Shown piece after piece: positions 23,144 through 31,015 of a stretch of DNA of 32,000 nt. The notes under the pieces are model-generated. The model saw only the letters and a list, made by a program, of their open reading frames with translations, did no database searches and was not told the origin of the DNA. Positions within the stretch are counted from its first letter, which is position 1, and each line of letters begins with the position of its first letter. The DNA lies in NCBI RefSeq assembly GCF_024436055.1, contig NZ_JANFNH010000046.1:538-32537 (forward strand). The letters run 5' to 3'. Position numbers and translations under genes: made by a program. The stretch is from Streptantibioticus rubrisoli (GTDB lineage: Bacteria; Actinomycetota; Actinomycetes; Streptomycetales; Streptomycetaceae).

Positions 23144-24184
23144 TCAAGCAGCTGCTGCGAGTTGAACTCGCTGATCTCGTTTCATGATCCGGTAGACCAC
23201 GTTGGAGAGGCGTCGTTTGAGGGCTCGGCGGGCTTCGGCGGGTGTCTTTCCTTCGGAGATCTTGCGGAGGTAGTACTCCCGGCCGCGCCCATCGTTACGG
23301 ATCTGGCAGACCGCGATGATGTGAAGGGCGCTGTTCAAAGCTCTGTTGCCCCCGGTGTTGAGCCGATGGCGTACTCGTTTGCCGCTGGAGGCGTCCAAGG
23401 GCGCGCTGCCGACGTAGCTGGCGAAGTGGTGTTCCGTCGGGAAGCGGCTGATGTCGCCGACGTGGCCCACGAGCTTCGCAGCCAGCACCGTGCCCAGTCC
23501 GGGCAGCGACGTCAGGCTGGTTCGTGCGGCAGCGAGAGCATCGCGCATCTGGGCCTCGTTGCCCTTGACCTGCCGGTCAAGCCTGCGCAGATCGGCCAGC
23601 AGATCACGAGCGATGTCCCGGCGGCAGTGGTCCGTCGCGGTGGCCGGCCGGATGCCCTTCATCAAAGTCGCGGCCTTCTCCGCCGACAGCCGTGTGGGGG
23701 CGCCACCGGGCAACAGGTCGCGAAGGACCGCGTGGAGACGGTTGACGATACGGGTCCGCTCGCCGGTCAGGTCGTCGTGCCGCTCGGTCAGCAGCCGCAG
23801 GATCGTGGACTGGTCCTCCGCGGTGACCCTGCGCAGATCGGTGCGGAAGAGCGCGACCTGAGCCACGTGAAGAGCGTCTGCGGGGTCGGTCTTCCGGTCC
23901 CCGCCGGTGGCCAGGAGACGAGCCCTGGCCGACAAGGTGGAAGGCACGTCAACGACATCCTCGCCCGCGGCGGCCAGCTGCTGAGCAAGAGACCGGCCGA
24001 GACCGCTGGCGCCTTCGACCGCGAACCGGCGCCCCGGCCACTGCGCGCACCAGTGCAGAAGCCGACCGAAGGTCCCGGAGTTGACGATGAACCGCCGCTG
24101 ACCAACCTTGTGGCCTGCTGCATCGACAGCGACTGCGGTGTGCGAGGACTTGTGGGGATCGATCCCGATGATGATCATGCGCAT
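23144..24184 (-). CDS. IS110-family transposase (DEDD N-terminal domain + Transposase_20 C-terminal domain)
   Basis: The sequence reads M(R)MIIIGIDPHKSSHTAVAVD...FAVEGASGLG...DVPSTLSARAR...KTDPADALHVA...LPGLGTVLAAKLVGHVGDISRF...SYVGSAPLDASSGKRVRHRLNTGGNRALNSALH. The start is taken as ATG 24184; ATG 24178 is an alternative. Element boundaries cannot be set because the family lacks inverted repeats. Confidence 0.9.
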   Translation of the reverse strand: MRMIIIGIDPHKSSHTAVAVDAAGHKVGQRRFIVNSGTFGRLLHWCAQWPGRRFAVEGASGLGRSLAQQLAAAGEDVVDVPSTLSARARLLATGGDRKTDPADALHVAQVALFRTDLRRVTAEDQSTILRLLTERHDDLTGERTRIVNRLHAVLRDLLPGGAPTRLSAEKAATLMKGIRPATATDHCRRDIARDLLADLRRLDRQVKGNEAQMRDALAAARTSLTSLPGLGTVLAAKLVGHVGDISRFPTEHHFASYVGSAPLDASSGKRVRHRLNTGGNRALNSALHIIAVCQIRNDGRGREYYLRKISEGKTPAEARRALKRRLSNVVYRIMKRDQRVQLAAAA

Positions 24185-24454
24185 CCTGACCTGGCGGCTG
24201 ACGGGCAGAAATGTGCGGTGGGCACTCTGACTTGAAGTAGCAGTCACACACATTCATGCCTCTGTCGAGCCACACCGCGCGGGTGCCGGACGGCGGCGGC
24301 ACGCTAATCATGAGCCAGCCCGCAGGGCGGCAAGACACTACACGAGCCCATGCCGACCGGCACCCTGGACGCTACGGCTGCAGACCGAGCGCCTGCGGTC
24401 GATTCAACAAGTCAGACACTCCCCGATTCCCCGCCAAGGTTGCTTGCGAGAGCA

Positions 24455-25669
24455 TCAGCAAGGCCAGGGCTGCTGCATCTCGATGGGCAGGTGGCGGGGG
24501 CCGCGAAGCATGGCGGCGTACCGGTAGGGAGGAGGGTCCTGGAGCAGGTATGCCGTGCCGAGGTGGGGGATGAGCGCGCCGAGCGCGGCTTGGGCTTCGA
24601 CGCGGGCGAGTGGTGCGCCGTAGCACAGGTGAATGCCGCTGCCGAAGCCGAGGTGCTCGTTGTCCGGGCGGGTGGGGTCGAACCGGTCGGGCTCGTGGAA
24701 CCGCTTGGGGTCGCGGTTGCCTGAGGCCAGCGCGAGCACGGTGGAGGTGCCCTTGGCAATGCTGGTACCAGCGATCTCCACGTCGGCGAGGGGGATGCGC
24801 TCGCGCATGTGGACCGGGGGCTCGTAGCGCAGCAGTTCCTCCACCGCCCTGGGTAGCAGGTCGGGCTCCCGGCGCAGCCGGTCGAGCTGGTCGGGGCGGC
24901 GCAGCAGGGTGAGTACCCCGTTGGCGATCAGGTTGACGGTGGTCTCGTGTCCGGCGATGAGCAGCAACACGGCGGTTTCCGCGAGCTCCTCGCGGGTGAG
25001 CAGCATGGCCGGGTCTGGTTCGTTGACGAAGGCGGAGAGCATGTCGCCGGTGGGGTGGCCGCGGCGTTGCTCGGCGAGGTTCACCAGGTACTGGCCCATT
25101 TCGATCCGCGCCTGGTCGCCCGCCCGGTCCTGCTCGATGGAGTCCTTGTCTTCGGGCCTGACGTCGGCGGACGCGACGATGGCGTTGGACCATTCACGGA
25201 ACAGCGGCTCGTCCTCGCGTGGGACGCCGAGCAGCCGACAGATGACCGTGACGGGCAGCGGATAGGCGAAGTCGTCGACGACGTCGATCTGGGCGCGGTC
25301 CCGGAGTCCGTCGAGCAGTTCGTCCGTGACTTCGGTGATCTCGCCGCGCATGGCGTCGATCCGGCCGGGGCTGTGCGGGGGGCCGAACGGCCGCATGGCC
25401 AGGGTGCGCAGCCTGTGGTGCTCGGGGTCGTCCAGCCGCAGGAACGGTGGCTTCGGTGCCCCCTCGGGCGGGGCGGTGAGATTGCGGGGGTCTGCGCTGA
25501 ATCGCGGATCGTGGAGCAGGGCGCTGATCTCGTGGTAGGTGCCGACCAGGTAGCTTCCGTCTTCCTGCCGCACCACTCGACCGGCTTCACGGAGTTCCGC
25601 GTACAGCGGGTACGGGTCGGAGCGGTTAGCGTAGTCGGTGATCCGTTCCAGGAGGGTCTCGGCGGCCAT
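24455..25669 (-). CDS. Cytochrome P450 monooxygenase
   Basis: 404 aa from ATG 25669, with GAGGAG 8-13 nt upstream. The I-helix reads LLLIAGHETTVNLI, the ExxR motif reads ELLRYEPPV, and the heme loop reads FGSGIHLCYGAPLA (Cys codon at 24623-25). The longer listed ORF (to 26365) overlaps the upstream gene and is not credible. Confidence 0.93.
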   Translation of the reverse strand: MAAETLLERITDYANRSDPYPLYAELREAGRVVRQEDGSYLVGTYHEISALLHDPRFSADPRNLTAPPEGAPKPPFLRLDDPEHHRLRTLAMRPFGPPHSPGRIDAMRGEITEVTDELLDGLRDRAQIDVVDDFAYPLPVTVICRLLGVPREDEPLFREWSNAIVASADVRPEDKDSIEQDRAGDQARIEMGQYLVNLAEQRRGHPTGDMLSAFVNEPDPAMLLTREELAETAVLLLIAGHETTVNLIANGVLTLLRRPDQLDRLRREPDLLPRAVEELLRYEPPVHMRERIPLADVEIAGTSIAKGTSTVLALASGNRDPKRFHEPDRFDPTRPDNEHLGFGSGIHLCYGAPLARVEAQAALGALIPHLGTAYLLQDPPPYRYAAMLRGPRHLPIEMQQPWPC

Positions 25670-25707
25670 GGGGCTCGGCTCCTCGGGGTGTGAGGGGACG
25701 CGAGTGG

Positions 25708-27081
25708 TCAGCTCGTGGGCTGCACCACGGTCAGTCGGCGGTCGGGCAGGTGTCCGGTGAGCGCTACGGTGGGGCCGTGGGACAGGCCCTTCGGATCGGG
25801 CACATCGGAGGGAACCGGGATCTCGGCCGCGATCGGACGGTCCGCCGCGCCGGGCACGGGTGGGAACGGTGCGGCGGTTTCGATCAGGTGCTGGTAGTAC
25901 GGAAGCGACTTGGCCATGTCGACGGTGACCGCGGCGGTGACGCGGCCGCGGTAGCCGTACACCATGACTACACGGCGCTCCTCCAGCGAACCTTGGGCGA
26001 TGACGACATGGTCGGAGAGGGTGGGTACGCCTACCGCCTTGATGTTGAGCCCGAACTGGGTTGACCAGAACGTCGGGAGGGCGAGGTGCGGGCGCCTCAG
26101 CGGCCCGGCACTGACCATGTTGTGGGCTGCCACCTCGGCCTGCGCGACCGCGTTGCCCCAGTGCTCCAGGGAGAGCAACTGGTACTCGAACAGTGGGTGC
26201 GGGAAGCGGGAGACATCGCCGGCCACGAAGACGTCGTCGGTGACGATCCCGTACATGTCGAAGGCTCGGCACCCGGCGTCGCAGGCGAGGCCGCGCGGAC
26301 CCGCCGCCAGTCCCGCCTCGGCCAGCCATTCGACGTTGCGGACCGCCCCCAGCGCCGCGACGCACACGTCTGCTTCCACGCGGCTGCCGTCGGACAGGTC
26401 CGCACCGGTGAGTCGGCCGTTGCCATCCCCGCGCAGGGCGGTGACGGTCACCCCGCAGCGCAGGTCCACGCCGTTGTTGCGATGCATGGCCGCAGCCAGC
26501 TTCGACAGCGTGCCGCCGAGCGCGCCCACCAGCGGCGCGGGGCCGCGTTCGGTGACCGTGACCTCCAGTCCGCGTTCCCGGCAGGCCGAGGCGATCTCCG
26601 AGCCGGTGAAGCCGCCGCCGATCACCAGCACCCGCTGCGGCCCGGCGGCCAGTCGCTCGGCCAGGCCCGCGGCGTCGTCGCGGGTGCGCAGGGTGAAGAC
26701 CCCGTCCAAGGCGGCTTCCCGTGGATTTGGCCAGGGCCGCGCCCGGGTCCCGGTGGCGACCAGCAGCCGGTCGTACGGCAGCGACTCGCCCTCGGCCAGC
26801 ACCACCCGTTTGTCGACGGGGTCCAGGCCAGTGGCCCGAACGCCCAGTCGCCAGTCCGCGTCTGGATCCCGGCGCATCGGCAGCCCGGTGGTGTCCGCCG
26901 CGACGTGGCCGAGCAGCACCTGTTTGGACAGCGGCGGCCGGTCGTAGGGCGGATACGGCTCGTCGCCCACCACGGTCAGTGAGCCGGTGAAGCCCTCCTC
27001 GCGCAGCGCCTCAGCGGCCCGCAATCCAGCCAGCGACGCGCCGACGATCACGATGCGGCCGTCCCGACGGTCACCGGCCAC
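25708..27081 (-). CDS. FAD-dependent ferredoxin--NAD(P)+ reductase
   Basis: 457 aa from GTG 27081. The FAD-binding motif is RIVIVGASLAGLRAAEALREEG, followed by YDRPPLSK. The NAD(P)-binding motif is VLVIGGGFTGSEIASA, followed by VFVAGDV and a reductase C-terminal domain. The tail is about 50 aa longer than I expect for the family. Confidence 0.88.
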   Translation of the reverse strand: MAGDRRDGRIVIVGASLAGLRAAEALREEGFTGSLTVVGDEPYPPYDRPPLSKQVLLGHVAADTTGLPMRRDPDADWRLGVRATGLDPVDKRVVLAEGESLPYDRLLVATGTRARPWPNPREAALDGVFTLRTRDDAAGLAERLAAGPQRVLVIGGGFTGSEIASACRERGLEVTVTERGPAPLVGALGGTLSKLAAAMHRNNGVDLRCGVTVTALRGDGNGRLTGADLSDGSRVEADVCVAALGAVRNVEWLAEAGLAAGPRGLACDAGCRAFDMYGIVTDDVFVAGDVSRFPHPLFEYQLLSLEHWGNAVAQAEVAAHNMVSAGPLRRPHLALPTFWSTQFGLNIKAVGVPTLSDHVVIAQGSLEERRVVMVYGYRGRVTAAVTVDMAKSLPYYQHLIETAAPFPPVPGAADRPIAAEIPVPSDVPDPKGLSHGPTVALTGHLPDRRLTVVQPTS

Positions 27082-27280
27082 GGGCGCTCACCTCCTCGCC
27101 GAGGAGGATGGCCTGGACCGGGCAGGCCGCAGCGGCCTGGCGCACGCGCTCCAGCTGGTCATCGGGGACGGCTGAGGAGTACAGCAACCCCTCTTCGCCG
27201 TGCAGCTGGAACACCTCCGGCGCGAGGAACACACACTGCGCATAGCCCTGGCAACGGGTGAGGTCCACAACGATCCGCAT
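27071..27280 (-). CDS. Small [3Fe-4S]-type ferredoxin
   Basis: The 69-aa sequence is MRIVVDLTRCQGYAQCVFLAPEVF...AAAACPVQAI, showing the CxxxxxC...CP cluster ligand pattern. AGGGAG lies upstream of ATG 27280. The gene overlaps the reductase start by 11 nt, suggesting translational coupling. Confidence 0.85.
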   Translation of the reverse strand: MRIVVDLTRCQGYAQCVFLAPEVFQLHGEEGLLYSSAVPDDQLERVRQAAAACPVQAILLGEEVSARGR

Positions 27281-27365
27281 CCCACCGCTCCCTCTGCCGC
27301 CTCAGCTCCCTGTTCCTTCCAGGATGAGGGACGAATCAGATGCCCGCACGGGCTACCGCCGCCGA

Positions 27366-28547
27366 CACTGCGGGTGCCGATTAATCATCCGGCCTGGTCA
27401 AGCGTATGTCGGTACTCGTGCAGGGTTCCGCCGAGTCGGTCTCGGCGGCGAACTTCCAGGTGTCTGATGTGTGCTGGCACGTTGATCGGTTCGGGCAGTG
27501 GGCGAAGGGGTGTGGCTTGCTTCAGCGTTCGTGTGGCCGGTGTTCGTTGTAGAAGGTTCGAATTCCCGGTGCGCGCGGAGCAGATGGCTCTGGTTCCAGA
27601 TCAGGGTGTGGTCGAGGAGCTGGCGTCGGCAGGTCTGTATCCAGCGTTCCGTGAGCGAGTGCGTTCGGGGTATCTGGATGCCGGTGGTGACGACCTTCAG
27701 GCCGGCGTCGGTCAGCAGTGCGTCGAGGGCGGCGGTGAACTTCGAGTCTCGGTCTCGGATCAGGAACTTGGCTCTGTTGTCCGCGTCCTGCAGGTCCATG
27801 AGGAGATTGCGGCCGGGCTGCACGATCCACGCCTCGGTGGGGTGGGCTGTTGCGCCCAGGATCCGGATGCGCCTCGTGGAGTGCTCGATGACGGCGAAGA
27901 CGTACAGGCGCGGCCCGGTCAGGGTGCGGGTCTCGAAGAGATCGCAGGCGAGCAGTGCGGCTGCCTGGTTGCGGAGGAAGTCGGCTCAGGTCGTGCTCTG
28001 CCGTTCAGGTGCGGGTGGGATGCCGTGCTCGCGGAGGATCTCCCAGACGGTCGAAGCGGCGATCTTGATGCCGAGGGCCGTGAGCTCGCCGTGGATTCGG
28101 CGATACCCTCACGAGCTGTTCTCGCGGGCCAAGCGCAGGACGAGGGCGCGAATAGAGCGGACGGTGGGCGGGCGCCCGCGACGCTTGCACGCAGGTCGCA
28201 GCATGGCGTCGCTTGAGCAGGTTGCGGTGCCAGCGCAGAAGCGTGTCGGGGTGTGCGAGCAGCAGGAGGTGCCGCAGCTTTTCCATGGGGAGGTGGTGGA
28301 GCAGGCTGGCGAGGACAGCGCGGTCGGTGTCGGTGAACGTGGGCTTGCCGACCTGGCGCTTAAGGACCAGCAGTTGGTGTCGCAGCGCGAGGATCTCGAT
28401 GTCTTTGTCCCGGTCACTCATCGGCAGCAGGCGCAGGAGCGCGAAGGTGTTCGTAGCGGCGAGGTAGGCCAGGCGTAGCAGCACGACAGATCATGATGCC
28501 GTCGACGCCCTGAGCAGGTGAAGACTCTGAGCGATCGGCGGTCACGG
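27366..28547 (-). mobile_element. Degenerate IS481-like insertion sequence (multiple frameshifts, eroded upstream end)
   Basis: The left terminal repeat, cactgcgGGTGCCGATTAATCATCCGGCCTGGTCAAG (27366-27402), matches the repeats of the other copies. The right end (about 28511-28547, ...ctgagcaggtgaagactctgagcgatcggcggtcacgg) is recognisable but carries indels. Confidence 0.7.
27385..28484 (-). pseudogene. IS481-like transposase pseudogene
   Basis: The N-terminal segment from GTG 28484 reads MLLRLAYLAATNTFALLRLLPMSDRDKDIEILALRHQLLVLKRQ...LLRWHRNLLKR. Other segments (LMDLQDADNRAKFLIRDRDSKFT...SLTERWIQTCRRQLLDHTLIWNQSHL; FYNEHRPHER; LKQATPLRPLPEP...RRRDRLGGTLHEYRHTL) lie in different frames, with an in-frame stop. 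Confidence 0.8.
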
Positions 28548-28588
28548 CCCGGAGATTGGCGATCAAGGGCACGACCTGGACGGATGAT

Positions 28589-29262
28589 TTATCGGCACCC
28601 GCAGAGTTGCCCTCGAGCCTGGTGCGGGCGATGACCGTTGTAGTGCCGGGCATAGGCATCGAGGACCTGCCGAGCATGGGACTCGTTCCATATCAGCACG
28701 TGGTCGAGAACCTCGCGCCGCAGGGTGCCAATGACCCGCTCGCAGTGCGCGTTCATCCGGGGAGCCCGCGGCGCGGTTCTCACCACCTCGATGTCGTCGG
28801 CCGCGAAGACCGCGTCGAAGGACTCGGTGTACTTCGCGTCCCGGTCCCGGAGCAGGAAACGCAGCGAGTCCACCCGCACACCCAACTCGACGGCGACGTT
28901 TCTCGCCTGCTGGACCGTCCAGGACCCGGTGGGATGCGCAGTCACTCCCGCGACGCGCAGCCGGCGTGTGCCGTGCTCGAGAAAGACCAGCGCGTACACC
29001 CGTCGCAGGTCGACCAGGTCGATGTGCAGGAAGTCGCAGGCGATGACGCCCTCGGCCTGCGCTGCCAGGAACTCACGCCACGTCGGGCCGCTGCGGCGCG
29101 GGGCCGGGTCAATGCCGGCCGTCGTCAGGATCTCCCAGACCGTCGTCGAGCCGAGCGAATGCCCGAGCCGAACCAGTTCGCCCTGGATCCGACGGCAGCT
29201 CCAACGAGGATTCTCGTGGGCTAGCCGCACCACCACTGTCCTCCCTCCTCTCGGCCTCCCCA
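28589..29262 (-). pseudogene. rve-domain transposase fragment (second subgroup), truncated at both ends
   Basis: The translation reads GRPRGGRTVVVRLAHENPRWSCRRIQGELVRLGH...ACDFLHIDLVDLRRVYALVFLEHGTRRLRVAGVTAHP...LLRDRDAKYT...NAHCERV...YNGHRPHQARGQL. It lacks the N-terminal HTH part and the last ~40 residues. It is most similar to the fragment at 20558-21226. Confidence 0.75.
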
Positions 29263-29519
29263 GCAGTGAGGGCACCCAAAGGTTGGGCGCGCCGCAGCCT
29301 GGCCGCACACCCGGCACCTGCGTAACTGCCACGAACGCTGGGCCCATAACCACCCAGCGCTCCTCCGCTTCGCCTACTCAACCCGGCAGCCACCGCACAC
29401 TCATGCCGAACTGATCTCCAAGCCCGCGACGTAGCCAAGCCGGGAGCGGCACGGAACCCCATCGTTGGCAGGTTGCGCTTCTCAGCTTTCGTTCAGGATC
29501 GCTCCCTAGCGTTTCGTCC

Positions 29520-30542
29520 ATGGTGAACAAACGCATTGCTGCAGGAATCGGTGTGCTGATGGCGATGACCTTCACCGGCGCGTGCGGGGCGGCCTCTGGG
29601 GCTCCCGTGCCCGATAGAGCTGCCGCTCCTGCGTCCCACAACAAGATGGCGGCGAACTATCTGTACGCTTCGATCGGAGACTTCGACACCACGGTCAAAC
29701 CCTTGATCGATCGCCCGGGCATCGCCGGCGTGCAGGTCGTGGTGCCGTGGAAGATGCTCGAACGAAAGGAGAACCAGTATGACTTCGCGCAGATCGAACA
29801 GGCCCTGAACTACCTGCAGCCGCGCCACAAGAAGCTGTTCGTCCAGGTCCAGGACCGGTTCTTCGCCTTGCCGGCCAAGCTCCCGAACTACCTGCTGACT
29901 AACCCGCGGTACCACGGTGGCGCAGCTCAGACAAAGAACGACAATGGCCTCGGCGCCGGTCCCCCCGGAGCCATCGCGGCACAGTGGGTTCCGCAGGTGA
30001 GGGACCGCTTCCAGCGTCTACTGAAGGCACTGGCGCAGCAGTTCGACGGTCGCCTCGCCGGAGTGAATCTCCCGGAAACCGCTACCGAGGTGGACACCAG
30101 CAAGGACCACACCGGATACACCGACGATGCCTACTTCAAGGCAGAGCTCGACAACATGGCTTACGGCAAGAAGGTCTTCACCAAGACGCCGTTCATCCAG
30201 TACGTCAACTTCTGGCCGGGCGAATGGAACAACAGCCGCAACTACATGCGGCGAACCTTCGCATTCGCCAAGGCGCACGGCATCGGCCTGGGCGGACCTG
30301 ACATCCTGCCGAACCGACCGGCGCAGATGCAAAACTCGTACCCCTTCTTCGCGCGGTACCGAGGACAGCTCCCGATCGTGGCCATGGCTGTACAGGAGCC
30401 CGACTTCCAATACACGAACCCTCAAACGAAGAAGCCCTACACCCGGCAAGAGTTCACCGATTTCGGCACGAACACCCTCGGTGCCAACTGCATCTTCTGG
30501 GCCACCAGCGCGCCCTGGCTCCACCAGCCGACGGCAAAGTAG
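29520..30542 (+). CDS. Secreted protein / possible lipoprotein, glycoside-hydrolase-like TIM-barrel candidate
   Basis: 340-aa ORF with an N-terminal signal peptide (MVNKRIAAGIGVLMAMTFTGAC, a possible lipobox Cys). The segment GVQVVVPWKMLERKENQYDFAQIEQALNYLQPRHKKLFVQV resembles the first strands of GH5/GH42-like barrels. This functional call is weak. Many A/T-ending codons contrast with neighbouring genes. Confidence 0.6.
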   Translation: MVNKRIAAGIGVLMAMTFTGACGAASGAPVPDRAAAPASHNKMAANYLYASIGDFDTTVKPLIDRPGIAGVQVVVPWKMLERKENQYDFAQIEQALNYLQPRHKKLFVQVQDRFFALPAKLPNYLLTNPRYHGGAAQTKNDNGLGAGPPGAIAAQWVPQVRDRFQRLLKALAQQFDGRLAGVNLPETATEVDTSKDHTGYTDDAYFKAELDNMAYGKKVFTKTPFIQYVNFWPGEWNNSRNYMRRTFAFAKAHGIGLGGPDILPNRPAQMQNSYPFFARYRGQLPIVAMAVQEPDFQYTNPQTKKPYTRQEFTDFGTNTLGANCIFWATSAPWLHQPTAK

Positions 30543-30724
30543 ATAGGGCCACCCGTCCTGAGCAGTCTGGCGACGTCGCGCCAGGTCGCTCCGGATAAGC
30601 GAGTACGAAGCCGTTCGGGCTTCGGGCTGAGGTGGGGGCCTCGTTGGTCAGCCTGTGACAGAAGACCTCAAGGCCCTCACCACGGTGCTTCCGGATTCGG
30701 GAGGTCGCGAAGTGGGCGTCCCGG

Positions 30725-31015
30725 TTGTTGGACGAGCTGTCCGAGTTTGACGACGCCTCGACCGATACGGAGACCGGGGAAGCACCGGAACGTTCGAAGG
30801 GCTTGGGGACTGCGACCGGGGCGCTGCTGGCCCGGCTGGCGAGTATCGACGTTCTCAAGCCGCTGCTGGAGGCAGTGCGCGCGTGGACAACGCGCACCGG
30901 GCGCACGGTGGAAGTCAGCATCGACGGGGACCTGCTCAAGCTGACCGGCGCGAGCCAGGAGCAGCAGGAGCACGTGATCCAAGCCTGGCTTGCCCGGCAC
31001 GCTCCGCTTGCCTGA
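30725..31015 (+). CDS. Small protein resembling the EACC1 'effector-associated constant component' of bacterial conflict systems
   Basis: 96-aa ORF from TTG 30725; no ATG or GTG is available upstream in frame. The C-terminal half (LLARLASIDVLKPLLEAVRAWTTRTGRTVEVSIDGDLLKLTGASQEQQEHVIQAWLARH) follows the EACC1 pattern as I recall it. It sits immediately upstream of, and overlaps, a caspase-like gene. It is possibly N-terminally eroded. Confidence 0.45.
   Translation: MLDELSEFDDASTDTETGEAPERSKGLGTATGALLARLASIDVLKPLLEAVRAWTTRTGRTVEVSIDGDLLKLTGASQEQQEHVIQAWLARHAPLA

Noticed and set aside
24455-26365. 636-aa version of the P450 ORF
   Set aside because: The upstream 232 codons overlap the ferredoxin reductase gene out of frame and are Arg/Pro-rich. 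ATG 25669, with GAGGAG upstream, gives a canonical 404-aa P450.
27200-28478. Two long plus-strand ORFs (27200-28216 and 27498-28478)
   Set aside because: They are antisense to the degenerate IS481-like transposase, whose homology to the other copies is clear on the minus strand.
30655-30750. Alternative GVG-started frame (VTEDLKALTTVLPDSGGREVG...) as a longer or frameshifted N-terminus of the EACC1-like gene
   Set aside because: It terminates after 31 codons. Its similarity to EACC1 N-termini is only impressionistic, so a frameshift cannot be supported without a profile alignment.
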